DNA from: Caldovatus sediminis
GTDB lineage: Bacteria > Pseudomonadota > Alphaproteobacteria > Acetobacterales > Acetobacteraceae
Reading direction: 5' to 3'
DNA: 24,000 nt
Assembly (NCBI RefSeq): GCF_014644455.1
Contig: NZ_BMKS01000004.1
Location: 425,032 to 449,031 of the forward strand
Translations under genes and position numbers: made by a program
Shown here: positions 1 to 8,495 of the stretch, piece after piece
How positions within the stretch are numbered: the first letter of the stretch is position 1
Layout of the letters: each line of letters begins with the position of its first letter
Notes under the pieces: model-generated
What the model saw: only the letters and a program-made list of their open reading frames with translations
What the model was told of the DNA's origin: nothing
Database searches by the model: none

Positions 1-1343
1 GCACCCTCGCCACCGCGCTGCAGATCGCCCGCCGCGGCGCCGGCGACGAGGCGACGGCGGCCAACAACCTGCGCAACCTGCTGCAGAAGTTCACCGCGCC
101 GGAGACGGTGCGGCACTTCCGCGAGTTCGGCGTCGACCTGCCCGGGCTGCTCGCCGACGCGGCGCGGCGCGGCATCAACCCGTTCGAGGCGCTGATCCAG
201 GAAATCCGCAAGATCGCCGGCAACGACCCCTTCCGGATGAGCGAGCTGTTCGGCGACATGCAGGCGATCGAGGCCCTGCGCCCCCTGATCCAGTTCGTGC
301 AGGACTACCTGCGGATCCGGGAGAGCGTCGCCGGCGCCACGCCGCAGATCATCGAGGACAGCCTCGCCCTGCGGATGGCCGGCGTCGCGGCCAACATGGT
401 CCGCTTCGAGGAGGCGCTGACCCAGCTCGGCAACCGCCTCGGCGCCGGGCTCGCCGCGCAGCTCGGGCCGCTGGTGGCGCTGCTGTTCCGGCTGCGCGAC
501 CTGCTGCGCTGGCTCGACGACACCTATCCCGGGCTGGTCGACGGCGCGCTCGGCTGGGCCGGCGCCCTCGCCGTGACGGCCGGCGCGCTCGGCCTGCTGG
601 TGCCGGTGCTCGGCGCGATCGCGAGCGGCCTCGGCCTGCTGGTCTCGCCGGGCGGGCTGCTGCTCGCCGCCGCCGCCGCCGCCGCCCTGCTCTGGCGCCA
701 CTGGGAGCGCGTCGGCGCGTTCTTCCGCGGCCTGTGGGAGCGGGTCGTCGGCGCCTTCCAGGGCTGGGTGGCCTGGCTGCGCGGCTGGATCGCCGGCGCG
801 GTCGCCGACGCGGTGTGGCTCCTCCGCGGCACCTGGTGGGTGCTGACGACCTGGTTCAACACCCTCTGGGGCGTGGTGCGGAGCGCCTTCACCGCCTTCA
901 CCGCCTGGGTGGACGGCTGGACCGGCGGGGCGATGACGGCGGCGATCGAGGGCATCCTCCGCGCCTGGGAGCGCGTGGGCGCGTTCTTCCGCGGCCTGTG
1001 GGACGACGTCGTTGCCGCCTTCAGCGCCGTGTGGGAGCGCATCCGCCCCGCCATCGAGCAGATCGAGCGGGCGGCGCGGAGCCTGCAGGGCAGCGGCGCC
1101 GGCCCGGCGTTCCAGCCGGAGGCGCAGGCCGCGCGCCGCCAGAACTTCCGCGAGCGCGGCCGCGCCGGCGGATACTACCCGCCCGAGGCCGCCCTGCCGG
1201 CCCCGGCGGGCGGCGGGCGGGCCGCGGTCGGCGGCGAGATCGTCGTGCGCGCCGCGCCCGGCACCGAGGTGGTGGAGACGCGCAGCACCAACCCGGCGGT
1301 GCCGATCACGGTGGACCGCGGCCGCATCCTCGGCAGGCCCTGA
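1..1343 (+). CDS. Phage tail tape measure protein, C-terminal part (5' end upstream of window)
   Basis: The reading frame is open from nt 3 (TLATALQIARRGAGDEATAANNLRNLLQKFTAPETVRHF...), so the GTG at 108 in the ORF track is internal. It has a hydrophobic Ala/Gly/Leu core with W/F-periodic repeats, as in tape measure proteins. It lies directly 5' of the Mu gp43-47 homologues. Stop is TGA at 1341-1343. Confidence 0.8.
   Translation, partial: TLATALQIARRGAGDEATAANNLRNLLQKFTAPETVRHFREFGVDLPGLLADAARRGINPFEALIQEIRKIAGNDPFRMSELFGDMQAIEALRPLIQFVQDYLRIRESVAGATPQIIEDSLALRMAGVAANMVRFEEALTQLGNRLGAGLAAQLGPLVALLFRLRDLLRWLDDTYPGLVDGALGWAGALAVTAGALGLLVPVLGAIASGLGLLVSPGGLLLAAAAAAALLWRHWERVGAFFRGLWERVVGAFQGWVAWLRGWIAGAVADAVWLLRGTWWVLTTWFNTLWGVVRSAFTAFTAWVDGWTGGAMTAAIEGILRAWERVGAFFRGLWDDVVAAFSAVWERIRPAIEQIERAARSLQGSGAGPAFQPEAQAARRQNFRERGRAGGYYPPEAALPAPAGGGRAAVGGEIVVRAAPGTEVVETRSTNPAVPITVDRGRILGRP
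702..1003 (+). repeat. Two copies of a 38-nt segment (702-739 and 966-1003, 37/38 identical) inside the tape measure gene, 264 nt (88 codons) apart
   Basis: tgggagcgcgtcggcgcgttcttccgcggcctgtggga versus tgggagcgcgtgggcgcgttcttccgcggcctgtggga. Both encode WERVGAFFRGLW. Confidence 0.9.
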
Positions 1344-1345
1344 CC

Positions 1346-2704
1346 ATGTCCGGCAGCCTCCTCGCCGCCTCCGGCCTGCTCGCCAACACCCCTCTCGGCG
1401 CCCTGCTCGACGGCCTCTTCCCCGCCTCCTTCCGCGGCGTCGCCTTCCACATGCCCGATGTCCGCCACGAGGTCGGGCGCCGCGTCGTGCGCTTCTTCTT
1501 CCCCGGCCTCGATGCGACGGTCCACGAGGACCTCGGCGCCCTCGACGGCGGCATCGCCGTCACCGGCCTCCTCCTCGGCGACGACTACGTCCGCCGCGCC
1601 GAGGCGCTGGCCGAGGCGTTCCGCACGCCGGGGCCGGGCACCCTGGTGCACCCCTGGCTCGGCGAGCTGCAGGTCGTGCTCGCCCGCCCGGCCCAGATCC
1701 TGTTCTCCGAGCGCGAGCTCCGCCTCGCCCGCTTCGACGCCCTGTTCGAGCCCTGGATCGAGCGCGTCCCGGCCCGGCTCGACACGCTGGGCGGGCTGCT
1801 CGCCGCGGTGGACGGGCTGCGCGCCGAGGCGCGCGCCCTGCTGCGCGCCGCCCTCGCGCCGGCCCTGCTGCCGCTCGCCGCCCTCGCCGCGGTGCAGGAC
1901 TTCGCGACCGCGACCGGCGCCCTCTGGGCGCGCCTCGCCGCCGCCGGCCGCGGCTCGGGCGCGCTGCGCGCCGCGCTCGCCGCGCCGCTCGGCGGGCTCG
2001 GCGCGATCGGCGCGCTGGCGCTGGACGACGGCTACCCCGATGCGGTGGCGGCGCGGCTGTTCGCCGCCCCGGCGGCGCTTTCCGCCGCCGCCGCCCCGCC
2101 GCCCGCGCCCGCCATCGGCCCCGCCGCCGAGGCGCTCGCCGCGCCGCCCGCGCCGCGCGCCCGCGTGGCCGCCGCGGACGCCGCCCGCGTGCTGCTCGAG
2201 GCCGCCGCCGCGCTCGCGCCCGCCGCGGCGGACCAGGAGCCGGCCGCCAGCCTCGCCCTCGCCCTCGCCGCCGCCTCCCGCACCGAGGCCGCCGCCTGCG
2301 TCGCCGACCTCGCCTTCGAGAGCCGGCAGGAGGCGCTGGCCTGGCGCGCCCGCCTCGACGCGGCGCTCGCCGCCACCGCGACCGAGGCCGCACGCCAGGC
2401 CGCGACCGGACGGGTGGCCGCGCCCGGCGCGCTGTGGCGCGCCGCCACCGCCCTGCGCACCGCCCTCGCCGCCGACCTGAACGAGCGCATCGGCCGCCTG
2501 CCCGGCGTGGCGACGCTGCGCCTGCCCGCCGGCGCCGCGGCCATGCCGGCCTGGCTCGCCGCCCACCACCTGGCCGGCGACGATCCGGGCCGCGTCGTGG
2601 CCGTGCTCGAGGACCTGGTGCGCCGCAATCGCCTGCGCCTGCCCGGCGCGGTGGCGGGCGGCACGCGCCTCGAATACCTCGCGCCCGCAGGGCGGCCGGC
2701 ATGA
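1346..2704 (+). CDS. Mu gp43/N-like DNA circulation protein (DNA_circ_N-type N-terminus, Ala-rich C-terminal half)
   Basis: ATG at 1346, 2 nt after the tape measure stop. The N-terminus LFPASFRGVAFHMPDVRHEVGRRVVRFFFPGLDATVHEDLG...LVHPWLGELQV matches my recollection of the DNA circulation N-terminal domain. The longer ORF-track start at 734 overlaps the tape measure gene and is not credible. Confidence 0.75.
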   Translation: MSGSLLAASGLLANTPLGALLDGLFPASFRGVAFHMPDVRHEVGRRVVRFFFPGLDATVHEDLGALDGGIAVTGLLLGDDYVRRAEALAEAFRTPGPGTLVHPWLGELQVVLARPAQILFSERELRLARFDALFEPWIERVPARLDTLGGLLAAVDGLRAEARALLRAALAPALLPLAALAAVQDFATATGALWARLAAAGRGSGALRAALAAPLGGLGAIGALALDDGYPDAVAARLFAAPAALSAAAAPPPAPAIGPAAEALAAPPAPRARVAAADAARVLLEAAAALAPAAADQEPAASLALALAAASRTEAAACVADLAFESRQEALAWRARLDAALAATATEAARQAATGRVAAPGALWRAATALRTALAADLNERIGRLPGVATLRLPAGAAAMPAWLAAHHLAGDDPGRVVAVLEDLVRRNRLRLPGAVAGGTRLEYLAPAGRPA

Positions 2705-3990
2705 GCGGCGCGCGCGGCGATCACAGCGCCGGCGCGGGAGAGCGCCGGGAGTTCGCCCCCACCCGCCGCGTCGCGCTGAAGGTCGCAGGCCAGCAGTTCG
2801 ACGCCTGGACCGAGGTCGAGATCGTCCGCGACCTCGCCGAGATCGCCGGCTCCTTCCTGCTCGAATACCACGACGCCGCGCGCAGCCGCGCCACGCTCCC
2901 GGCCGCGGCCGGCCCGGCGCCGGTCCCGGCGGCCCTCAAGCCCGGCCAGGCCGTGGTGCTGGCGATCGACGGCGAGCCGGTGCTCACCGGCTACCTCGAC
3001 GAGGTCAAGCTCAGCATCAGCGGCGCCGAGCTGCGGGCGAGCGTGGCGGGGCGCGACCGCACCGGGGACCTGGTGGACTGCGCCGCCGCCCCCGACGGCC
3101 CGGCGGAGTACCGCGGCCTGACGGTGAGCGAGATCGCCCAGCGCCTCTGCGCCCCCTTCGGCATCGCGGTGCGCGCCGAGGTGGACGTCGGCCCGCCGCT
3201 GCCGCGCTTCGCGATCGACCCGGCGGAGACGGCGATGGCCGCGCTCGAGAAGGCGGCGCGGCAGCGGGCGCTGCTGGTCGTCTCCGACGGCACCGGCGGC
3301 CTGGTGCTGACCCGCTCCGGCGCGCGCCGCGGCCCGGCGCCGCTCGCGCTGCCCGGCACCGTGATGGAGGCGACGGCGCTGCTCTCCTGGAAGGGACGGT
3401 TCAGCGAGACCATCGTCAAGGGCCAGACCGAACGCGCCGCCGGCGGCCGCGGCGACGCCCCCGCCCTCAGCGCCACGGCGAGCCCGCTGACGCCGGAGAT
3501 GCCGGCGCCGGCGCGCCTGCCCGGCGCCGGCGAGCGCGCGGGGGTGGTGATGACCGGCCGGGCGCGCGACGCCGCAGTGGACCGCCACCGGCCGCGCGTC
3601 GTCGTCGCCAAGACCCAGTCGGGCGGCGTCTCGGTGCAGCAGCAGGCCGAGTGGCTGATGCGCACCGCGCGCGCCGAGGCCGAGCGGCTGACCTACACCG
3701 TGGCCGACTGGCGCGCCGGCGAGGAGGATCGGCTCTGGCGCCCCAACGAGCTGGTGCTGGTGGACGACCCCTACGCCGGGATCCACGGCGACCGGCTGGT
3801 CGCCGCGGTCCGCTACGCCTACGGCGCGGAGGGCCACCGCACCACGCTGACGCTGGTGGGGCCGGAGGCCTTCGAGATCCTGCCGGAGGGCGCCGACCAG
3901 CGCCGCGCCCGCGCCCGGCCGGCGGCCGGCGGCGCGAGCACGGCGAGCGAGCTCACCGCCGCCCCGCCGCCCGCGGCGGGAGGCCGCTGA
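2701..3990 (+). CDS. Mu gp44/P-like tail protein (phage late control D / GPD family, baseplate hub)
   Basis: ATGA overlap with the upstream stop (2701-2704). RVALKVAGQQFDAWTEVEIVRDL...LTGYLDEVKLSISG...VAGRDRTGDLVD is typical of gpD/Mu P proteins, and the gene sits in the expected position. Confidence 0.75.
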   Translation: MSGARGDHSAGAGERREFAPTRRVALKVAGQQFDAWTEVEIVRDLAEIAGSFLLEYHDAARSRATLPAAAGPAPVPAALKPGQAVVLAIDGEPVLTGYLDEVKLSISGAELRASVAGRDRTGDLVDCAAAPDGPAEYRGLTVSEIAQRLCAPFGIAVRAEVDVGPPLPRFAIDPAETAMAALEKAARQRALLVVSDGTGGLVLTRSGARRGPAPLALPGTVMEATALLSWKGRFSETIVKGQTERAAGGRGDAPALSATASPLTPEMPAPARLPGAGERAGVVMTGRARDAAVDRHRPRVVVAKTQSGGVSVQQQAEWLMRTARAEAERLTYTVADWRAGEEDRLWRPNELVLVDDPYAGIHGDRLVAAVRYAYGAEGHRTTLTLVGPEAFEILPEGADQRRARARPAAGGASTASELTAAPPPAAGGR

Positions 3991-3991
3991 G

Positions 3992-4555
3992 ATGGACGCG
4001 CTGACCGAGCTGGCGATGGCGCTGCGCGGCCTCGCCGTGCGCGGCCTGGTGGTGCGCGTGGCCGATGGCGGCCAGACGCAGACCGTGGATGTCGAGACCC
4101 ACCAGGGCGTGGTGCGCTCGAGCGTCGAGGTGCTGCAGCCCTTCGGCCTCGGCTCGGTGCCCCAGGGCGAGGGGGCGCTCGCCGTGCTGCTCGCCCTCGG
4201 CGGCGATCCGGCCGACATGGTGGCGCTGCCCCTCGCCCACCCGAGCGTGCGCTTCGGCGCCCTCGCCCCGGGCGAGACGGTGCTCTACGACGCTGCCGGC
4301 AACCGCCTGCACTTCCGCAACGGCTCCCTCTGCGAGCTGAAGGTCGGCGCCAGGGTGCTGGTCTCGACCAGGCGGGTCGAGATCGAGGCGAGCGCCGAGG
4401 GGCTGCGGATCACCGGCGACGTCGAGATCGTCGGCAACCTGCGGGTGAGCGGCGAGGTCGAGGACCACGCCGGTTCCATGCAGGAGATGCGCGAGCGCTA
4501 CAACGCGCACGGCCACCCGGGCGCCGGCCCGCCGCCGACGCCGCCGATGGACTGA
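3992..4555 (+). CDS. Baseplate assembly protein V / Mu gp45-like central spike
   Basis: ATG 1 nt after the upstream stop. The protein is 187 aa, with an OB-fold-like N-terminus (GLVVRVADGGQTQTVDVETHQGVVRSSVEVLQPFG) and a C-terminal spike part (VEIVGNLRVSGEV...NAHGHPG). Confidence 0.8.
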   Translation: MDALTELAMALRGLAVRGLVVRVADGGQTQTVDVETHQGVVRSSVEVLQPFGLGSVPQGEGALAVLLALGGDPADMVALPLAHPSVRFGALAPGETVLYDAAGNRLHFRNGSLCELKVGARVLVSTRRVEIEASAEGLRITGDVEIVGNLRVSGEVEDHAGSMQEMRERYNAHGHPGAGPPPTPPMD

Positions 4556-4610
4556 CGCCCGCGCCCGCGCGCGTCGCGCCGGATCCGCGCGCGCGCGAGG
4601 CTGCCGCGCC

Positions 4611-5141
4611 ATGCCCGGCCCCGCCGTCCCCATCGCCGACCTGATGCTGCGCCACGATCCCGCCGCGCGCCGCTGCGACCTGGTGGTGCAGGACGGCGAC
4701 CTGGCGCTGGACCGGACCGCGGCGACCGCCATGCTGGTCTCGCTCGGCAGCGACGGCCGCGCCCGCGCCGACGACGCGCTGCCCGACGAGCCCTCGGCCA
4801 CGCCCGCCGCGGACGCGGCCGAGCCCGCCGCGCTCGCGCCGCGCCGCGGCTGGTGCGGCGACGCGCTCGACCGGCGCGGCCGGCGCATCGGCTGCCGCCT
4901 CTGGCTGCTCGAGCGCGCCAAGGGCGGCGAGCAGACGCGCCGCCGCGCCGAAGCCTACGCGGCCGAGGGGCTCGACTGGCTGCGCGCCGAGCGCGGCCTG
5001 GCGCTTGCGCTCGCCGTGGACTGGGCGCGCCCCGGCCTGCTCGCCATCACCGCCCGCGCCGGCACCGGCCCCGGCGCGGCGCGGATCACGATCCGCCGCC
5101 CCGTCGCCGCCCCCGCCACGGCCGCGGAGGCCGGCGCGTGA
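4611..5141 (+). CDS. Mu gp46/V-like baseplate protein (GP46 family)
   Basis: 176 aa. The signature DLALDRTAATAMLVSLGSD...RRGWCGDAL...GCRLWLLERAK...AEAYAAEGLDWL is typical of GP46-type proteins, and the gene is in the expected position. Confidence 0.75.
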   Translation: MPGPAVPIADLMLRHDPAARRCDLVVQDGDLALDRTAATAMLVSLGSDGRARADDALPDEPSATPAADAAEPAALAPRRGWCGDALDRRGRRIGCRLWLLERAKGGEQTRRRAEAYAAEGLDWLRAERGLALALAVDWARPGLLAITARAGTGPGAARITIRRPVAAPATAAEAGA

Positions 5142-6211
5142 CCTGGCCGATCCCCGAGCCGGCGGCCATCGCCGAGCGCGTCGGCGCCGCGATCGAGCAG
5201 GCCTTCGAGGCCGGCGAGACGCGGGTGGACGCGCGCTCGCCGAACACCGTGCTCGGCGTGCTGGCGCGCGTCTTCGCCATGGCGGTGTTCGACCTCTGGC
5301 TCCACCAGCGGGCGCTGGCCGAGGACCTGATGCCCGACACGGCGACCGGCGAGGCGCTGCAGCGCCACGCCGACGTCTGGGGGATCGCGCGCCTGCCCGC
5401 CGCCGCGGCGGTGGGCCAGGCCGTGTTCACCGGCGCCGACGGCACCGCCCTGCCGGTGGGGATCGCGCTGCGCGCCCCCTCCGGCGCGCTTTACCTGACG
5501 ACAGAGGCGGCGACGATCGGGGGCGGCACCGCCACCGTCGCGGTCCGGGCGGCGGCGGCCGGGGCCGCCGGCAACCTCGCCGAGGGCACGGCGCTGAGCC
5601 TCGTCTCGCCCGTCGCCGGGCTCGCCCCGCAGACCGCGGTGGTGGCCGCGGGCGGCCTCAGCGGCGGCGCCGACGCCGAGGACGACGAGGCGCTGCGCGC
5701 CCGGCTGCTGGCGCGGATCCGCCAGCCGCCGCACGGCGGCGCGGCCTTCGACTACGAGGCCTGGGCCCGCGCCGCCTCGCCCGAGGTGGCGCACGTCGCC
5801 GTCCACCCGTCCTGGGCGGGCCCGGGCGGCGTCGGCGTGGTGGTGGGCATGCGCGGCCCGCGCGCGCCGACCGCGGCCGAGCTGGACATGGTGGCGGCGG
5901 CGCTCGCGCCGCTGCGCCCGGTGACGGCGCAGGTGACGGTGCTGGCGGCGGTGCCGCTGCCCGTGGACGTCACCCTGGTGCTCGATCCCGACACGGTGCA
6001 GACCCGCGCCGCGGTGCAGGCCGCGCTCGAGACCCACTTCGCGCGCGACGCCCGCATCGGGGCGCGGCTCGCCCGCTCCCGCCTCTCCGAGGCGATCAGC
6101 GCCGCCGCCGGCGAGTACAGCCACCAGCTGATCGCCCCCGCCGCCGACGTCGAGCCGGGCCCGACCGAGCTGCCCGTGCTCGGCACGCTGACCTTCCAGA
6201 GCCCGGCCTAG
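5138..6211 (+). CDS. Baseplate J-like protein (Mu gp47/W-like)
   Basis: GTGA start/stop overlap at 5138-5141. DLMPDTATGEALQRHADVWGI...GGADAEDDEALRARLLARIRQPPHGGAAFDYEAWA is the classic Baseplate_J pattern. The ORF-track start at 4853 overlaps the gp46-like gene. Confidence 0.85.
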   Translation: MTWPIPEPAAIAERVGAAIEQAFEAGETRVDARSPNTVLGVLARVFAMAVFDLWLHQRALAEDLMPDTATGEALQRHADVWGIARLPAAAAVGQAVFTGADGTALPVGIALRAPSGALYLTTEAATIGGGTATVAVRAAAAGAAGNLAEGTALSLVSPVAGLAPQTAVVAAGGLSGGADAEDDEALRARLLARIRQPPHGGAAFDYEAWARAASPEVAHVAVHPSWAGPGGVGVVVGMRGPRAPTAAELDMVAAALAPLRPVTAQVTVLAAVPLPVDVTLVLDPDTVQTRAAVQAALETHFARDARIGARLARSRLSEAISAAAGEYSHQLIAPAADVEPGPTELPVLGTLTFQSPA

Positions 6212-6224
6212 GAGGGAGCGAGCC

Positions 6225-6992
6225 TTGGCCCACGTCTACGCCGACCGCGTCAAGGAGGTGACCGCCAGCACCGGCCCGGGCGCCCTCACGCTCGGCGGCG
6301 CCGCGCCGGGCGGGTTCGCCACCTTCGCCGCCGTCATGGCGATCGGCGACACCACCGACGTCTGCATCGAGGACCCGGCGAGCGGGGAGTGGGAGGTCTG
6401 CCAGGCGACGCTGGTCGGGCCGACGACGCTGCAGCGCGGGGCGATCCACAGCAGCAGCAGCGGCGGGGGGCGCGTTTCCTTCAGCGGCGGGACGAAGCAC
6501 GTCTTCATCACCCTGCCCGCGGCCGCGGCGATGCGGCGGAGCGAGATCCAGGCGGCGCTCGACGGCAAGGCCGCCGCCGGCGTGGCCGACGAGGCCACCG
6601 CCGCGGCCCGGGTGTTCCGGGTGACGGTCGGGATCGCGGGCAAGCCGGCGGACGGCGAGCTGATCCCGCTGTTCGTCGCGCCTGTCGACCTCACCCTGCC
6701 GGCGGGCCTCTCCGGCAGCGTCACGGTCGGCAGTGCCACCGCCCCGGCGGTGTGTTCGGCCACTGCGGCGACGGCGGCGACCGCCAACAGCGTGTTCCAG
6801 CTCCGCGCCGGGGCGACGCCGATCGCGAATGCGACCCTGACCTTTGCCGCCGCCGCCACCACCGCGACCCGCGGCGGCAACGCGCAGACCGCGATCCCGG
6901 CCGGCACGACGGTCTACCTGGCGTGCCCGGCCACCGCTGATGCGACGCTCGCCGACCTCGCCGTCACCCTGGCCTTCCTCCGTGGGAGCTGA
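6225..6992 (+). CDS. Putative tail fibre / host-specificity protein (no family recognised)
   Basis: TTG start preceded by GGAGGGAG (6211-6218). The N-terminus YADRVKEVTASTGPGALTLGGAAPGGFATFAAV...GEWEVCQATL...LQRGAIHSSSSGG resembles N-termini I have seen in alphaproteobacterial phage fibre proteins. The C-terminal half is Ala/Thr-rich and beta-like. Function is inferred from position. Confidence 0.5.
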   Translation: MAHVYADRVKEVTASTGPGALTLGGAAPGGFATFAAVMAIGDTTDVCIEDPASGEWEVCQATLVGPTTLQRGAIHSSSSGGGRVSFSGGTKHVFITLPAAAAMRRSEIQAALDGKAAAGVADEATAAARVFRVTVGIAGKPADGELIPLFVAPVDLTLPAGLSGSVTVGSATAPAVCSATAATAATANSVFQLRAGATPIANATLTFAAAATTATRGGNAQTAIPAGTTVYLACPATADATLADLAVTLAFLRGS

Positions 6993-6995
6993 CCT

Positions 6996-8492
6996 ATGGC
7001 CTACCTGTTCGGCGACGGCTTCGACGTCTACAGCACCACCAGCGACCTGCTGACGGCTTGGGACAGCATCTTCCAGGACGGCCACACCGGCAACATCGTC
7101 CTGCCGGCCTCCGCCACCGCCTTTGGCCTCGGCGGTGCGGTGGCGACCATCGCAAACCTCGGCGGCTTCAGGCTGACTCGAGCACTGGGGCAGAATGTTG
7201 GTACCCTCTATGTCAATCTCCGCCTCAAGCGGACCACCTCCTCCTCCCACTACTTCTACCTCCAGCTGCTGGACGGCGCTGCGGCGCAGGCAACGGTGCG
7301 TTGGAACGATGACGGCTCGCTCACCGTCCACACCGGCGGTGCGACTGGCACGCAGCGGGGCCAGGCCACCGGCGCCACCGCCCAGAACGTCTGGGACTCT
7401 TGGCAGATCAAGGCGGTGGTCCACGACACCGCCGGCAGCGTCGAGGTGCGCAAGAACGGCAGCGCTACCCCGACCCTGCTGGTCGGTGGTGTCAATACCC
7501 GTGGCGGCAGCACCAACGCCTACGCCAACGGGCTCGTGCTCGGCACCAACAACGGCGGGGCGGTGTCGCATTGCGACGACCTGCTGGTGTGGTCCGGCAG
7601 CGGCGCAGCGCCCAACGACTGGCTCGGCGACGTGCGGGCGGTGACGCTCGCCCCAGCCAGCACCGTGCAGGCGCAGTTCACGCCCGGCCCGGCCGCGATC
7701 GGCAACATCACCCAGACCACGACGCGCAGCGAGAACGCCAACACCATCGCTGCCTTCCTCTACCAGTCGCCGGCGCAGGGGCATGCGAGCAGCATCGGCG
7801 TAACGCTGACCTCCACCATCACCGGCAGTCTCAACGCCGCGCTCTACGCCGACAACAACGGCGCCCCCGGCGCCCTGATCGCCCAGGGATCGGGCGTCAC
7901 CAACCCCACTGCCGGGCTGGTGACGATCCCGTTGCAGGGCGCACCGGTGACGGTGCCGCAGGGGCCGGTGTGGGTAGCGCTGTGGGCCAGCGCCAACTGC
8001 ACCTTCGCGGCCGGCGCCAGCGGCACACGCGCCGGCCAGTCGCTGACCTACGGCGCGAGCTTCCCCAACCCGATGGTGCCGGGAACGCCAGGATCGGCGG
8101 CGCAGCCTGTGCTGGCGCTGGCGCTCGCCAACCCGGTCCAGCATTCGCTGCTGCGCCATCCGACGGACGGCGATGCCGGCTACGTCTACGCGGCGACGGT
8201 TGGCGCCCAGGACCTCTACGGGGTGGAGACGCTGGCCAGCAAGGGGGTCGCGCCGGCCTCGATCGTCGGGGTGGCGCCGTTCGTGGTCGCCAAGCGTTCC
8301 GACAGCGGTACACGCACGCTGCAGGTGATCGCCAAGTCCGGTGGTGTCGAGGCGGCGGCGGCGGGCAGCGACGCGGTGTCGCTCTCCTACCAGCGCCTGG
8401 TGGGGTTCCTGGGCACAGACCCGGCGACTTCGGCGGCGTGGACGCCGAGTGCTGTGGACGCGCTGCAGCTCGGCCCCAAGATCAGCGCCTAG
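6996..8492 (+). CDS. Putative receptor-binding / host-recognition structural protein (jelly-roll, ConA/LamG-like appearance)
   Basis: ATG 3 nt after the upstream stop, with GGGAG at 6984-6988. The protein is 498 aa, beta-rich and Gly/Thr/Ser/Asn-rich (FGDGFDVYSTTSDLLTAWD..., LNAALYADNNGAPGALIAQGSGVTNPTAGLVTIPL). GC is visibly lower locally (for example 7140-7260). Confidence 0.45.
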   Translation: MAYLFGDGFDVYSTTSDLLTAWDSIFQDGHTGNIVLPASATAFGLGGAVATIANLGGFRLTRALGQNVGTLYVNLRLKRTTSSSHYFYLQLLDGAAAQATVRWNDDGSLTVHTGGATGTQRGQATGATAQNVWDSWQIKAVVHDTAGSVEVRKNGSATPTLLVGGVNTRGGSTNAYANGLVLGTNNGGAVSHCDDLLVWSGSGAAPNDWLGDVRAVTLAPASTVQAQFTPGPAAIGNITQTTTRSENANTIAAFLYQSPAQGHASSIGVTLTSTITGSLNAALYADNNGAPGALIAQGSGVTNPTAGLVTIPLQGAPVTVPQGPVWVALWASANCTFAAGASGTRAGQSLTYGASFPNPMVPGTPGSAAQPVLALALANPVQHSLLRHPTDGDAGYVYAATVGAQDLYGVETLASKGVAPASIVGVAPFVVAKRSDSGTRTLQVIAKSGGVEAAAAGSDAVSLSYQRLVGFLGTDPATSAAWTPSAVDALQLGPKISA

Positions 8493-8495
8493 CCG

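Noticed and set aside
734-2700. Long N-terminal extensions in the ORF track (734.., 1012.., 4853.., 7400.., 13074..15116) and many overlapping 60-530-aa ORFs in other frames
   Set aside because: The extensions overlap the preceding well-supported genes and translate to Arg/Pro/Gly-rich junk. Internal ATG/GTG starts adjacent to the upstream stop codons give sensible proteins.
4566-4597. GC-only palindromic stretch (CGCGCGCG ... CGGATCCG ... CGCGCGCG) between the gp45-like and gp46-like genes, a possible hairpin or attenuator
   Set aside because: Alternating CG runs are self-complementary by composition and expected in DNA this GC-rich. There is no U-tract, and the arms do not register as a clean dyad.
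7240-7252. CCTCCTCCTCCC tract resembling the CCUCCUCCC sRNA (cuckoo/CcsR) motif, of interest because DUF1127 genes are linked to such sRNAs in Rhodobacter
   Set aside because: It lies inside the 6996-8492 coding frame (Thr-Thr-Ser-Ser-Ser-His), far from the DUF1127 genes. No GGGAGGAGG complement occurs downstream of the DUF1127 pair (16740-16973).
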